Position numbers and translations under genes: made by a program | Part shown: piece by piece, positions 19,888 through 28,614 of the stretch | Numbering within the stretch: the stretch's first letter is position 1 | Layout: every line of letters begins with the position of its first letter | The notes under the pieces: generated by a model | What the model was told of the DNA's origin: nothing | Database searches by the model: none | Seen by the model: only the letters and a program-made list of their open reading frames with translations | Source of the DNA: an uncultured Desulfospira sp. | Lineage (GTDB): Bacteria; Desulfobacterota; Desulfobacteria; Desulfobacterales; Desulfobacteraceae | Direction: 5' to 3' | Length of the DNA stretch: 64,000 bases | Assembly: GCA_963663165.1 (NCBI GenBank) | Contig: OY760175.1 | Location: forward strand, 32,001-96,000

Positions 19888-20034
19888 ATGGGAGTTAAAA
19901 ATAAATACACTTTTGAAAAGCGGCAAAAGGAATTGGCTAAAAAAAAGAAAAAGGAAGAGAAAAAACAACGCAGAGTGGAAAAGGAAAACCTGATTGAAGA
20001 TGATCTCCCCACTGATTTGGGCAAAACCGAGTAG
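19888..20034 (+). CDS. Small Lys/Glu-rich protein, 48 aa (MGVKNKYTFEKRQKELAKKKKKEEKKQRR...)
   Basis: AGGAGG RBS; its stop overlaps the next gene's RBS; below the ORF-track size cut-off. Confidence 0.75.
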   Translation: MGVKNKYTFEKRQKELAKKKKKEEKKQRRVEKENLIEDDLPTDLGKTE

Positions 20035-20042
20035 GAGGTCTT

Positions 20043-20696
20043 ATGTCTGATATCCGGCTCCGCTACACAACGTTGGAAATCGGGCATATGGATATTCATA
20101 TAAGGATGCTTCGGGATATACTCCAGTTTCATGATACCGACGAAGCCGCAAAAAAGCTCGGCATATCTTCTGCTGCCTGGCCAATGTTCGGCGTAGTCTG
20201 GCCTGCAGGCGAGGTGCTTGCCAACCTGATGCTTAATTACCATGTGGATGGGAAACGGGTGCTGGAAGTCGGGTGCGGCATTGCTCTTGCCAGTATCGTT
20301 CTGAGCCTGCGGTCTGCAGACATTACAGCAACTGACCACCATCCTGAAACAGAAAGGTTTCTGATTTATAATACAGGATTGAACGGTGGAAAAATGATTC
20401 CATTTGTGCGAACCGGGTGGGCTGATTTGATCAGTGATGGACTCGGCACCTTTGATCTCATCATTGGTGCTGATCTGCTTTACGAGAGTGAACACGTTGA
20501 CCTTTTGGCCGCATTTATAAATCAACATGGCCGTTGTCACTGCGATGTGATCATCGTTGATCCAGGGCGAGGATTTCATGCAAAATTTACCACGAAAATG
20601 TTAAGCCTCGGGTATTCCCACATCCATGAGAAACCCAAGAATACAAACTATTTGGATAAAAAATTCAAAGGCTGGATTATGACCTATTCCCGGTAG
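20043..20696 (+). CDS. Class I SAM methyltransferase (Methyltransf_16 / protein-lysine MTase-like)
   Basis: FGVVWPAG, VLEVGCG, ATDHH, FDLIIGADLLY. Confidence 0.85.
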   Translation: MSDIRLRYTTLEIGHMDIHIRMLRDILQFHDTDEAAKKLGISSAAWPMFGVVWPAGEVLANLMLNYHVDGKRVLEVGCGIALASIVLSLRSADITATDHHPETERFLIYNTGLNGGKMIPFVRTGWADLISDGLGTFDLIIGADLLYESEHVDLLAAFINQHGRCHCDVIIVDPGRGFHAKFTTKMLSLGYSHIHEKPKNTNYLDKKFKGWIMTYSR

Positions 20697-20721
20697 CCCT
20701 ATAAAACGAAAGGACGTGCGA

Positions 20722-21093
20722 ATGAATATTTATGTTGGAAATTTTACGTTCCAGATGGCTGAAAATGACCTCAGGCAAATGTTCGAAACCTTTGGCAGGG
20801 TAGAAACCGTTAAAATCATAAAAAACAGATTCAGTGGTCGGTTAAAGGGATTTGGTTTTGTGGAAATGCCAAAAAATGCGCAAGCAGATAAGGCCGTCAA
20901 AGCCTTGAATGGTGATATGATTGAAAAAAGACCCATAAAGGTTATTCCCACCGATTCTGGAGCCCCAAAAAAGAAAACCGTTTTAGAAAAAGAAGATACT
21001 GAACCTTACACAAGAACAATCAGAGAGTTAACAAACCCTATCCTTTTTTTGTCCTTTAAAGGCCTTTCTTATTACTTGAGTAGAGAATTATGA
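20722..21093 (+). CDS. RRM RNA-binding protein, probably frameshifted near the C-terminus
   Basis: MNIYVGN (RNP2), KGFGFVEM (RNP1); an alternative frame ends NRFRKRRY* at 21002. Confidence 0.85.
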   Translation: MNIYVGNFTFQMAENDLRQMFETFGRVETVKIIKNRFSGRLKGFGFVEMPKNAQADKAVKALNGDMIEKRPIKVIPTDSGAPKKKTVLEKEDTEPYTRTIRELTNPILFLSFKGLSYYLSREL

Positions 21094-21800
21094 ATATGTC
21101 GAATCAGCCCGACCAGGAAAGTGAATTCAAAGAAATTTTGTTTCAAACCATCCAGGAAAAACTATCCCAAAAAAAAGCAGATGGTTTAAAGTTCCATGAC
21201 GCTATTCTGCTTGTCTTTCAGGAGGTACTTGAGTTTTCAGACAGTATTGTACAAAATCTTGAAGAAAATGGACAAAGTCCTAAAGTAGCCTGCAGGAGCG
21301 GATGCAACTATTGCTGCCACTCTCAGGTCAATATAATCCCAATTGAGGCCCTGCTTATTTCAGCATTCATCAAAACAGATTTCACCTTCACTGAGGTCAG
21401 TGCTTTAAACGCAGAGATATCCCAGATCCATTTACTGACCGCCGGTAAAACATTGGAACAGCTCTATGCCCTAAAGGACGATCTGCCGTGCCTGTTTCTC
21501 AAGAAAGGGAAATGCAGTATATATAAGATGCGGCCCAGTATTTGCCGGTCATGGAACTCATTTGATTCAGTAGCGTGCAAAGCCGCTTATGATTCCGCTG
21601 ATTATAGATCCTCGATCATAGGCTCTCCTGCCAGAAATTTTATTTTTGGTACAACCAGAGCGTTATTTGGGCAACTTTCCGAAGCTTTCTCACTCCAGTC
21701 AGAGACCTTATTGCTTCCGAATGCGATGTCAGATTGTTTAAACAATGCTGATTCCATAAGTCAATGGGCAAAGGGTTATGACGTTTTCAGATACGAGTAA
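21090..21800 (+). CDS. YkgJ / CxxCxxCC cysteine-cluster protein
   Basis: CRSGCNYCC, CLFL, CSIYKMRPSICR. Confidence 0.85.
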   Translation: MNMSNQPDQESEFKEILFQTIQEKLSQKKADGLKFHDAILLVFQEVLEFSDSIVQNLEENGQSPKVACRSGCNYCCHSQVNIIPIEALLISAFIKTDFTFTEVSALNAEISQIHLLTAGKTLEQLYALKDDLPCLFLKKGKCSIYKMRPSICRSWNSFDSVACKAAYDSADYRSSIIGSPARNFIFGTTRALFGQLSEAFSLQSETLLLPNAMSDCLNNADSISQWAKGYDVFRYE

Positions 21801-21926
21801 TCCCCCCCCCCCCTTTTTTTTTAAATCCCAAATACGTGCTCAGGGACACACATTCTGTTCGAGCGTTGAAGAAATAACGAGAAGCTATCTCCCAAATCAA
21901 AGCGATTTATTAATTTAATATTCTGT

Positions 21927-21945
21927 GCTTAAGTTAATGACATTG
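21927..21945 (+). mobile_element. Orphan IS4-type terminal repeat GCTTAAGTTAATGACATTG
   Basis: Identical over 19 bp to 26048-26066. Confidence 0.7.
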
Positions 21946-22017
21946 AGTTTTCTTCTATGAAAAAGATCTTGACAATTTAATTTTACGCTGACTCCAATTA
22001 TCATGATTTATCCGTCT

Positions 22018-23367
22018 TCATTTGGATTGATTGATAATGGGTTCAAGCGGATTTCCCTGGTCTAAAAACCGTTTAAACTCATCTGAAATCCTGTCATCTT
22101 TTGCCACATTGTTCCAAAAGGTATGTGCCGATCTTTTTACCCTTTCAAGGTCATCCTGACTGACATTTGCATCCGGGGTATTCGATACATCAAAAAGAAA
22201 GGGTTGTACTTCTCCTCCGCTTTTAGGCGCAAACCCCATTGAGCACATATCATAACATGGCAACAATCGAAATGAATCCTGCTCCATGGTTAAACTCAGA
22301 TTACCTGGATGCATATCAGTATTGTTAATGAGTTGGCCAAAATAAATGCTCAGTTGTTTGTACATCCTGTTCAGTAACAAGATTCTGAGTAAAAAGTTCA
22401 TTCATAATTTTCGGCCAGCTATGGCCAAGACCTGCGAATTCATTATCAATAGATTGCAATGAGACCATTGAGGCGCGACCAAACTCTCCAAACCGGTCAA
22501 ACCTTTGTGTTTCCAGAAACAAGCGCCCATCCATTTCAAAAAGGTTGGTTTTTGCAGACAGATAGATACTCTCGCTTATAATTCGGGATGCATGATATTC
22601 GGTAACTAAAAGATCTCTCCATCTTTGAGCTACGTCATTGTTGCCTTTGGGTGAAAATTTAACAATTACATGAGACCTATTACCGCTTGTTGCAGGAGAG
22701 GCAGGTTCGCTTTTGAAAGCCGTGAATTTGGGTTGTTCCCCTCCGGCGGATGATCCAGGGAGTTCCCCTTTCATTACGTTCTCTGCGAGTATCGGGTAAT
22801 GGTGAACTGAAATCGGAATTGCTTTCCGACGGATACGTATCAACGCTTGTTCGCCAAATATAAAATGCCCAGGCAGATCATCGCCATTGGAGATTAAGTA
22901 TTTTCCAATATGCTTATTTGTCCACTGCCTTGGATCAGAAGGGAAATCATCATGCCTTTTTGCAATTTCTCGAGCAACCTGCCGACCTAAATAACCTTGT
23001 GGCCTCAGATCGTAAAGAAAATATGGAAGGTCGTCATACAGGCCGTTCCCACGTTCTCCCAATAACAGAGATGAAATTGAATTCAAGGGTTCCAAAAAAA
23101 AACCCCGTGAATCAAAGGGCGAATATAGGCAATGACCATAGCTTTTCCGGCATGGTCAATAATACCTAAAGGTATTTTATCATCAGCTCCAAATGCATTG
23201 CAGGTTGCAGCGTACCTGATTAAGCGTCCTTCTTGTATTTGAACAACACTATTCCCCATCTCCCTTAATCTACGCGCAACCGAACTTTGACTAAGACCGG
23301 TTGCGGCCTGAATTTCTTTTGATGTGGAGGGTCCTCGTTCTATATATTTTTTTATTGTAACCGTCAT
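22018..23367 (-). pseudogene. yjjJ: YjjJ/HipA-family kinase toxin with N-terminal HTH, broken by two frameshifts
   Basis: HTH (GLSQSSVARRL); DLRPQGYLGR; GSSAGGEQPKF; VKFSP; RFDR; FGQLINNTDMHPGNLS; LLPCYDM, spread over three frames. Confidence 0.88.
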
Positions 23368-23557
23368 AACGACACTCTGAATAGGTTTTTAGCTTACATA
23401 TTGACTAATAAAACATAAAGAATATATTCGGTATAAAAATATTATCAATAGGTTAATTGTTATATCTTATTAATTTTGACGTTCTTCTTGACTAAGAACA
23501 GGATAAAATTATGGTCAGCAAATTGGTTCGGGCGAACGACCAAAATCTGCAGCTCGT

Positions 23558-23610
23558 GCCAGGTAGCCGGGGATCGTTACCGGTCCCAAGCCCCTTAAGA
23601 ACCGGACGTG
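23558..23610 (-). mobile_element. Group II intron 3' remnant (3' half of domain V plus domain VI)
   Basis: Minus strand CACGTCCGGTTC-TTAAGGGGCTT-GGGACCG(GTAA)CGATCCC-CGGCTACCTGGC. Confidence 0.65.
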
Positions 23611-23611
23611 T

Positions 23612-23948
23612 CACCGGCATTGGGTATTCAGCATTCCCAAACGATTACGGATTTATTTCCTTTATGACCGCAAATTACTGGCAAAATTATCACGCTGTGC
23701 CTGGAAGGTTATGACTACATATTTAGAATCTGCTGTTTCCGATCATAGTGCCGTTCCCGGAGCCAGTATGGCGGTGCAGACATATGGTGATTTTTTAAAT
23801 CCTAACCCACATCTGCATGCCATCGCTACAGACGGTTGTTTCCTTGAAGGCGGCAGTTTCAAGACGGCTCCCGGTTTTATACTGAAAGATTTGTAAGCAG
23901 CCATTCTCCGTATTCAATGACTCTTTTCTGATGGCAAGATGGGCAGAA
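23612..23948. pseudogene. IS91-like (Y2, HUH) transposase debris in two opposite orientations
   Basis: Plus 23612-23896: HRHWVFSIPKRLRIYF...QTYGDFLNPNPHLH. Minus 23948-23889: FCPSCHQKRVIEYGEWLLTN. Confidence 0.85.
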
Positions 23949-23971
23949 ATCTGGCGCGCAAAGATCAGATC

Positions 23972-24038
23972 AATTCGGGGAACACGATACTAAAATATTT
24001 GCAAGCCAATTTTAATTTTGTTTCGTGTCCCCCGAATT
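23972..24038. repeat. REP-like inverted repeat AATTCGGGGAACACGA...TCGTGTCCCCCGAATT
   Basis: 16-bp arms with one mismatch around an AT-rich spacer. Confidence 0.7.
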
Positions 24039-24040
24039 TA

Positions 24041-24092
24041 AACAAATAATGAAAGTCTTCTCAAGATGTTAGTGAGACTTTCATATAAAAAA
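24041..24092 (-). repeat. Dispersed repeat copy (same family as 40911-41090)
   Basis: Reverse complement TTTTTTATATGAAAGTCTCACTAACATCTTGAGAAGACTTTCATTATTTGTT matches 40907-40958 with few mismatches. Confidence 0.85.
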
Positions 24093-24116
24093 CAAATATG
24101 AAGCACTGATGAACAG

Positions 24117-24164
24117 TTACGGCCCCTGTTTTTGCTTAATTTTCAGCATTAGCTGAATAGTTAT
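24117..24164 (+). repeat. 49-bp direct repeat, copy 2
   Basis: Matches 18534-18582. Confidence 0.8.
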
Positions 24165-24198
24165 TTTAATTTTAGCTATACAATCCAATGTCATTAAC

Positions 24199-26041
24199 CC
24201 CAAAACAAGCGTGTTATAAAAAATGAATTTCTCATAAGCAATTGTCGACCCGAGCTATTATTTTGTGTCTCCAATTTCCATCAAACAGACGCACGAGTCC
24301 TGATGTTTTTTGGAATACTGCCGATTGTGTTGTGGTTCATTGCTTAAATTCCCTTTTGAAATCTACAGGTTTTAGACTCGCCATTGCAGCCCGTTTGCAA
24401 TAACTGTCCGGAGCAAAGGCATCATGTAACCCAGGCAGTCTTCAAAGAGTTAAAAAACTTGAACACGCTTGTGAGCCTGTTGTTATAACCAATGATTCGA
24501 TATTTAATGGCCCTGCTGGAACGTATGATCAAGCAAGGGATATTTATAAATGTCTGGATAAAGCGTTTGAATTCCATACGGACGATGGAGAGACCTAAAG
24601 CTCGATACGGCATCATCATTCCATACCAGGCTTTCAGATCCCATGCCAAAGATGCAACAACCATATAGGCCCAGTTGGCATTTAGGGAATCAGAAGGATT
24701 AGCCATTGCATGCACGCCATGTTTCAACTGATCAATGTCATTTTCGTGATCCGCCCGTTTCCGGTAAAAATCCACCAGGTGCCTGGCTGATTTTTTCCAA
24801 TCGTTTGTGATGTAAAAAAAGTAACGGATATCGTCAAACAATAGACGTTCGCCTTTATACTCATTTATTGTTTTGCGCAGCACGATCATCCGGTAGGGTT
24901 GCCGACATTTACCAGGTTTATATTCAAATTCGGCTATATGTTCACAGGCGGTCTCAAGACGTTTGAAATTGCGTTTTTTGACCACTTGAAGTTTGATATT
25001 TTCGGGACGTTTTCTGGGGATTGTTTTGATGGCTTGCGGCTGTTTTTCAAATATCTCCCATTCGGAATCTGAAAGACCACCGGCCAGTTTTATCAGGTTT
25101 GATCTGGCATCCATGCCAAAGACAAAGGTACAGCGTTGATCCCATTTGTCAAAATTGGAAGTAAGGCTGAAATCAGTATCACCCCGAACGTATAATTTTT
25201 TAAAAGTGCCTTCCAGCAGATCAAGGGACTTATCCACCCAACCCGCAGAGTTGAGGTGGGACGGAGCATTGCCGGATCGATTGATTATATAAAGAGGCTC
25301 CCTTGTTTTTTCCAGAGAGACTATCAGAGGGGCATATCCCCACTTACCATTATAAGAGATGTCCATACCCTGTTTGCACTCGCCGGTTGTTTCACTGATA
25401 GTGCCGTCGATATTGATGATGGCTTCTTTCTTGAAGTTTTGCGGCTGCTTTTCCCATACCTTTTTCCGGATGGTATTTTTGACGTCCTGCAGAGTTATGA
25501 TATCTTCCTTGGAAAACCGGCGCAAAAAGTCTCCGGCTGTAGTGGGATCGGGGATAATTTCTGCATCCAGAGCATTCAACCAGGCTTCATTGTTTCTGAG
25601 CAGCTCAATATCCTGAAGGCAGGTGCCACCGGCAAGAATATTATATGCCATGTTGGCGACATGATCTGATTCATGATAGGGCAAATGGCGTTTAAGCAGT
25701 TCGAGCTCCTTATCAATTTCTTTCAGAAGGCCGGTCTTTTTGGCAAGCATATGAATTAACCCTATGCCGCCGGGAGCAACCCCTTGGAGGCGACCGTCAA
25801 TCTCGTATTGAATGTTGGATGCTTTAAACATAGGGGCTGGCTGTTCATCCCAATCTCTTTTGTTGAGCTTTTTGCTTATTTTTTTCTTGCGTTTTGCCAA
25901 ATTTTTGTTGATATTTTTATTCACTCGAAACGTCCTTTCAATTTGGTATATTTCGTTGTGGTAAACTTATTATACCTTTTATTGATAGGCGTTTCGAGGA
26001 TTTTATCTCATTTTTATTACTTATCTCACGCTTGTTTTGGG
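24199..26041 (-). mobile_element. IS1380-family element
   Basis: Perfect 15-bp IR CCCAAAACAAGCGTG; ATTAAC on both flanks (24193-24198, 26042-26047). Confidence 0.88.
24422..25924 (-). CDS. IS1380-family DDE transposase
   Basis: IPDPTTAGDFLRRF, IDGT, GYAPL, RGDTDF, YRKRADHENDIDQLK. Confidence 0.92.
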   Translation of the reverse strand: MNKNINKNLAKRKKKISKKLNKRDWDEQPAPMFKASNIQYEIDGRLQGVAPGGIGLIHMLAKKTGLLKEIDKELELLKRHLPYHESDHVANMAYNILAGGTCLQDIELLRNNEAWLNALDAEIIPDPTTAGDFLRRFSKEDIITLQDVKNTIRKKVWEKQPQNFKKEAIINIDGTISETTGECKQGMDISYNGKWGYAPLIVSLEKTREPLYIINRSGNAPSHLNSAGWVDKSLDLLEGTFKKLYVRGDTDFSLTSNFDKWDQRCTFVFGMDARSNLIKLAGGLSDSEWEIFEKQPQAIKTIPRKRPENIKLQVVKKRNFKRLETACEHIAEFEYKPGKCRQPYRMIVLRKTINEYKGERLLFDDIRYFFYITNDWKKSARHLVDFYRKRADHENDIDQLKHGVHAMANPSDSLNANWAYMVVASLAWDLKAWYGMMMPYRALGLSIVRMEFKRFIQTFINIPCLIIRSSRAIKYRIIGYNNRLTSVFKFFNSLKTAWVT

Positions 26042-26178
26042 ATTAACGCTTAAGTTAATGACATTGCTATACAATCTACTGGTTACGCAAGAATGAGTGG
26101 TCCGACCCTATATCATCAAAAGCCTGCGCTCCTTTATTTTCTTAAAGCCGGTTTCGATCAGAATGGTGCATTAGGAAA

Positions 26179-26880
26179 TCAGACCCCGAGAAATCGGGCC
26201 TGAAGCTTTGGGTCGGATGCCAGGGCCTTTGAGGGACCCGACCAGACAATGGCCCCTTTTTCCATTATGTAGTGCCGCTGGGCAAGTTTCAGCAGGGCTT
26301 TAAGGTTTTTATCCACAATAAGGATGGAGATGCCCCGGGCCTTTAATTTTTTAAGGCTGTTCCAGATTTCCTGCCGGATCAGGGGCGCTAAGCCCTCTGT
26401 GGCTTCGTCCAGGATCAGCAGTCTTGGGTTGATCATCAATACCCTCGCAATGGCCAGCATCTGCTGTTCTCCTCCGGAAAGCTGGTTTCCAAAGTGCTTG
26501 AGCCTCTCTTTCAGCCTGGGAAACAGGGCCAGGACATCTTCCATGGACCAGGGATTTTCCATGCCCGTGTGGTTGGCAGCCGCGGCCAGCATGTTCTCCC
26601 TTACCGTAAGGCTGGAAAAGATCTGCCGGCCTTCGGGCACCAGTCCGATGCCCTTTCTGGCAGGGATGTAGGCCGGGGCGGCATGGATTTTTTCCCCCCT
26701 GAAAATGATGCTGCCGGATGTTACTTTGGCAAGGCCGGTAATGGATTTGATGGTGGTGCTTTTTCCCATGCCGTTGCGGCCAAGAAGGGTCACCACCTCT
26801 GACGGGCCGATTTCAAGGGATACGTTGAACAGGGCCTGGCTTAGGTCATAAAAAGTATTTATATTTTCCACCTTCAGCAC
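26179..26880 (-). CDS. ABC ATPase (LivF-like)
   Basis: GRNGMGKST, LSGGEQQML, LDEATEGLAP. Confidence 0.9.
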   Translation of the reverse strand: MLKVENINTFYDLSQALFNVSLEIGPSEVVTLLGRNGMGKSTTIKSITGLAKVTSGSIIFRGEKIHAAPAYIPARKGIGLVPEGRQIFSSLTVRENMLAAAANHTGMENPWSMEDVLALFPRLKERLKHFGNQLSGGEQQMLAIARVLMINPRLLILDEATEGLAPLIRQEIWNSLKKLKARGISILIVDKNLKALLKLAQRHYIMEKGAIVWSGPSKALASDPKLQARFLGV

Positions 26881-27632
26881 GAAAACCCCTCCTCGCCAAG
26901 ATAGGCCTCTTTGACGGCCTTATTCTCCCGGATCCGGTCCGGCGGGGCACTGGCGATATTTTCCCCGTAAACCAGAACCGTTACCATGTCGGCCAGGGAA
27001 AACACCACATCCATGTCGTGTTCAACCAGCAGGATGGTCAGGTCTGACTTGATCCTGCGGATCAGCCGGGTCATCTCCACGGTTCCGCCGGGTCCCATGC
27101 CGGCCATGGGTTCATCCATGATCAAAAGATCCGGCTTCCCGGTAAGGGCCATGCCTACTTCAAGCTGCCGCTTTTCGCCGTGGGAAAGATGGCGGGCAGG
27201 CATCATGGCCTGGGAGGTAAGGTCTACCTGTGAAAGGGCCCCGGGCAGCCGGGCCTTTACCACATCGGCATCCAGGCATTTTTCCCAGAACCTGAAATTG
27301 TGGCCGGCATGGGCGCAGATGGCAAGGGCCATGTTTTCAGAGACGGTCAGATTTTCAAAAATATGGGTAATCTGAAAAGACCGGGCCATGCCAAGCCTTG
27401 GCCGTTTGTGGGCTTTAAGAAAGGTAACGTCTTTTCCCTTGAAAAGAATCCGGCCGTTGTCCGGCAGGATATCTCCGGTGATCTGGTTGACCGCCGTGGT
27501 CTTGCCGGCACCGTTGGGACCGATCAGGGCGTGGACATGTCCTTTTTTAATGGACATGCTCAGGTTGTCGGTGGCTTTGACCGCCCCGAATGTCTTATTC
27601 AGGTTACACACTTCAAGCAAAAAATCAGTCAT
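26874..27632 (-). CDS. ABC ATPase (LivG-like)
   Basis: GPNGAGKTT, LSHGEKRQLE, DEPMAG. Confidence 0.9.
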   Translation of the reverse strand: MTDFLLEVCNLNKTFGAVKATDNLSMSIKKGHVHALIGPNGAGKTTAVNQITGDILPDNGRILFKGKDVTFLKAHKRPRLGMARSFQITHIFENLTVSENMALAICAHAGHNFRFWEKCLDADVVKARLPGALSQVDLTSQAMMPARHLSHGEKRQLEVGMALTGKPDLLIMDEPMAGMGPGGTVEMTRLIRRIKSDLTILLVEHDMDVVFSLADMVTVLVYGENIASAPPDRIRENKAVKEAYLGEEGFSC

Positions 27633-28614
27633 GGTGTTTTCCCGTGAGAAGCCCGAAGATTCCCCTTCTTGCAAACACCACAATGACCAGCAGAAAGGGG
27701 CCCATATAGATCATCCAGTGTTCTGTGGCCATGGCCAGAAGTTCTTCCAGGGATAAAAAGACACAGGCGCCCAGGACCGGGCCGAAAAGGGTTCCCATTC
27801 CGCCGATGAGCACCATGACCATCAGCTCGCCTGAAAGGGTCCAGTGCATCAGTCCCGGGCTGACGTATTCGGTCTGGTTGGCCATCAGCGCTCCGGCGAG
27901 GCCGGCGCCTGCCCCGGCAATGACAAAACAGGCCAGGCGGAAGGCATAGGCATTCACCCCAAGGGCTTTAAGCCGCCTTTCATTGTCGCCGGCACCCCGG
28001 ATCATCAGCCCGAACCTTGAGTTGACCAGCCTGACACTAAAAAAGAGGAACCCGCAAAGAAGCCCGAAGCAAAGGTAATAGAACTGGGTATCATCCCCAA
28101 GATCAAGTCCCGGCAAAGCAGAGCGGGAATACAGGGATATCCCGTCATCACCGCCATAGGTGTCAAGGGAGACGAAAAAATAGTAGAGCATCTGGGCAAA
28201 TGCCAGGGTAATCATAATAAAGTGCATTCCCTTTGTTCTGAGGCTGAGCGCCCCGAAAATCAGGGCTGCAAAACCAGATACGACTGCGGCCAGGGGCAGG
28301 ACAATAAGGCCGTTTTCACTTCCCTGACAAAGAAAAGGAAGGTTAAACAACGGTTCCATCATAGAGGCGTGGTAAAAAAAGATCCCCACCACATAGGCCC
28401 CTGTTCCCACATAGGCGGCATGGCCAAGACTGACAAGGCCGGCATACCCGATCAGCAGATCAAGGCTGACGGCCGCCATGGCGTATATCAGGATCCGGCT
28501 GAAAAAAGAGATGTAATAGGCCTGGCCAAGGGCCGATGCCACCGGGGGCAAAAGGGCGAAAAACAGGGTGCCGGCCAGAATGATTCCGATAAAGTGTTTG
28601 GACAGTTTCATCAT
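27625..28614 (-). CDS. ABC permease (LivM-like)
   Basis: GYAGLVSLGHAAY, MITLAFAQM; true start is MMKLSK, overlapping the upstream stop. Confidence 0.88.
   Translation of the reverse strand: MMKLSKHFIGIILAGTLFFALLPPVASALGQAYYISFFSRILIYAMAAVSLDLLIGYAGLVSLGHAAYVGTGAYVVGIFFYHASMMEPLFNLPFLCQGSENGLIVLPLAAVVSGFAALIFGALSLRTKGMHFIMITLAFAQMLYYFFVSLDTYGGDDGISLYSRSALPGLDLGDDTQFYYLCFGLLCGFLFFSVRLVNSRFGLMIRGAGDNERRLKALGVNAYAFRLACFVIAGAGAGLAGALMANQTEYVSPGLMHWTLSGELMVMVLIGGMGTLFGPVLGACVFLSLEELLAMATEHWMIYMGPFLLVIVVFARRGIFGLLTGKHHD

Larger units (their letters stand above)
24186..26066. mobile_element. IS4-type mini-element (CAATGTCATTAAC ends, 10-bp TSD) containing an IS1380
   Basis: CTATACAATC duplicated at 24176-24185 and 26067-26076; perfect 13-bp outer IR. 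Confidence 0.8.

Noticed and set aside
21801..21822. Poly-C/poly-T tract (and the poly-G tract at 35911-35920) as phase-variation switches
   Set aside because: Intergenic, and not placed within a demonstrable promoter spacer or coding frame
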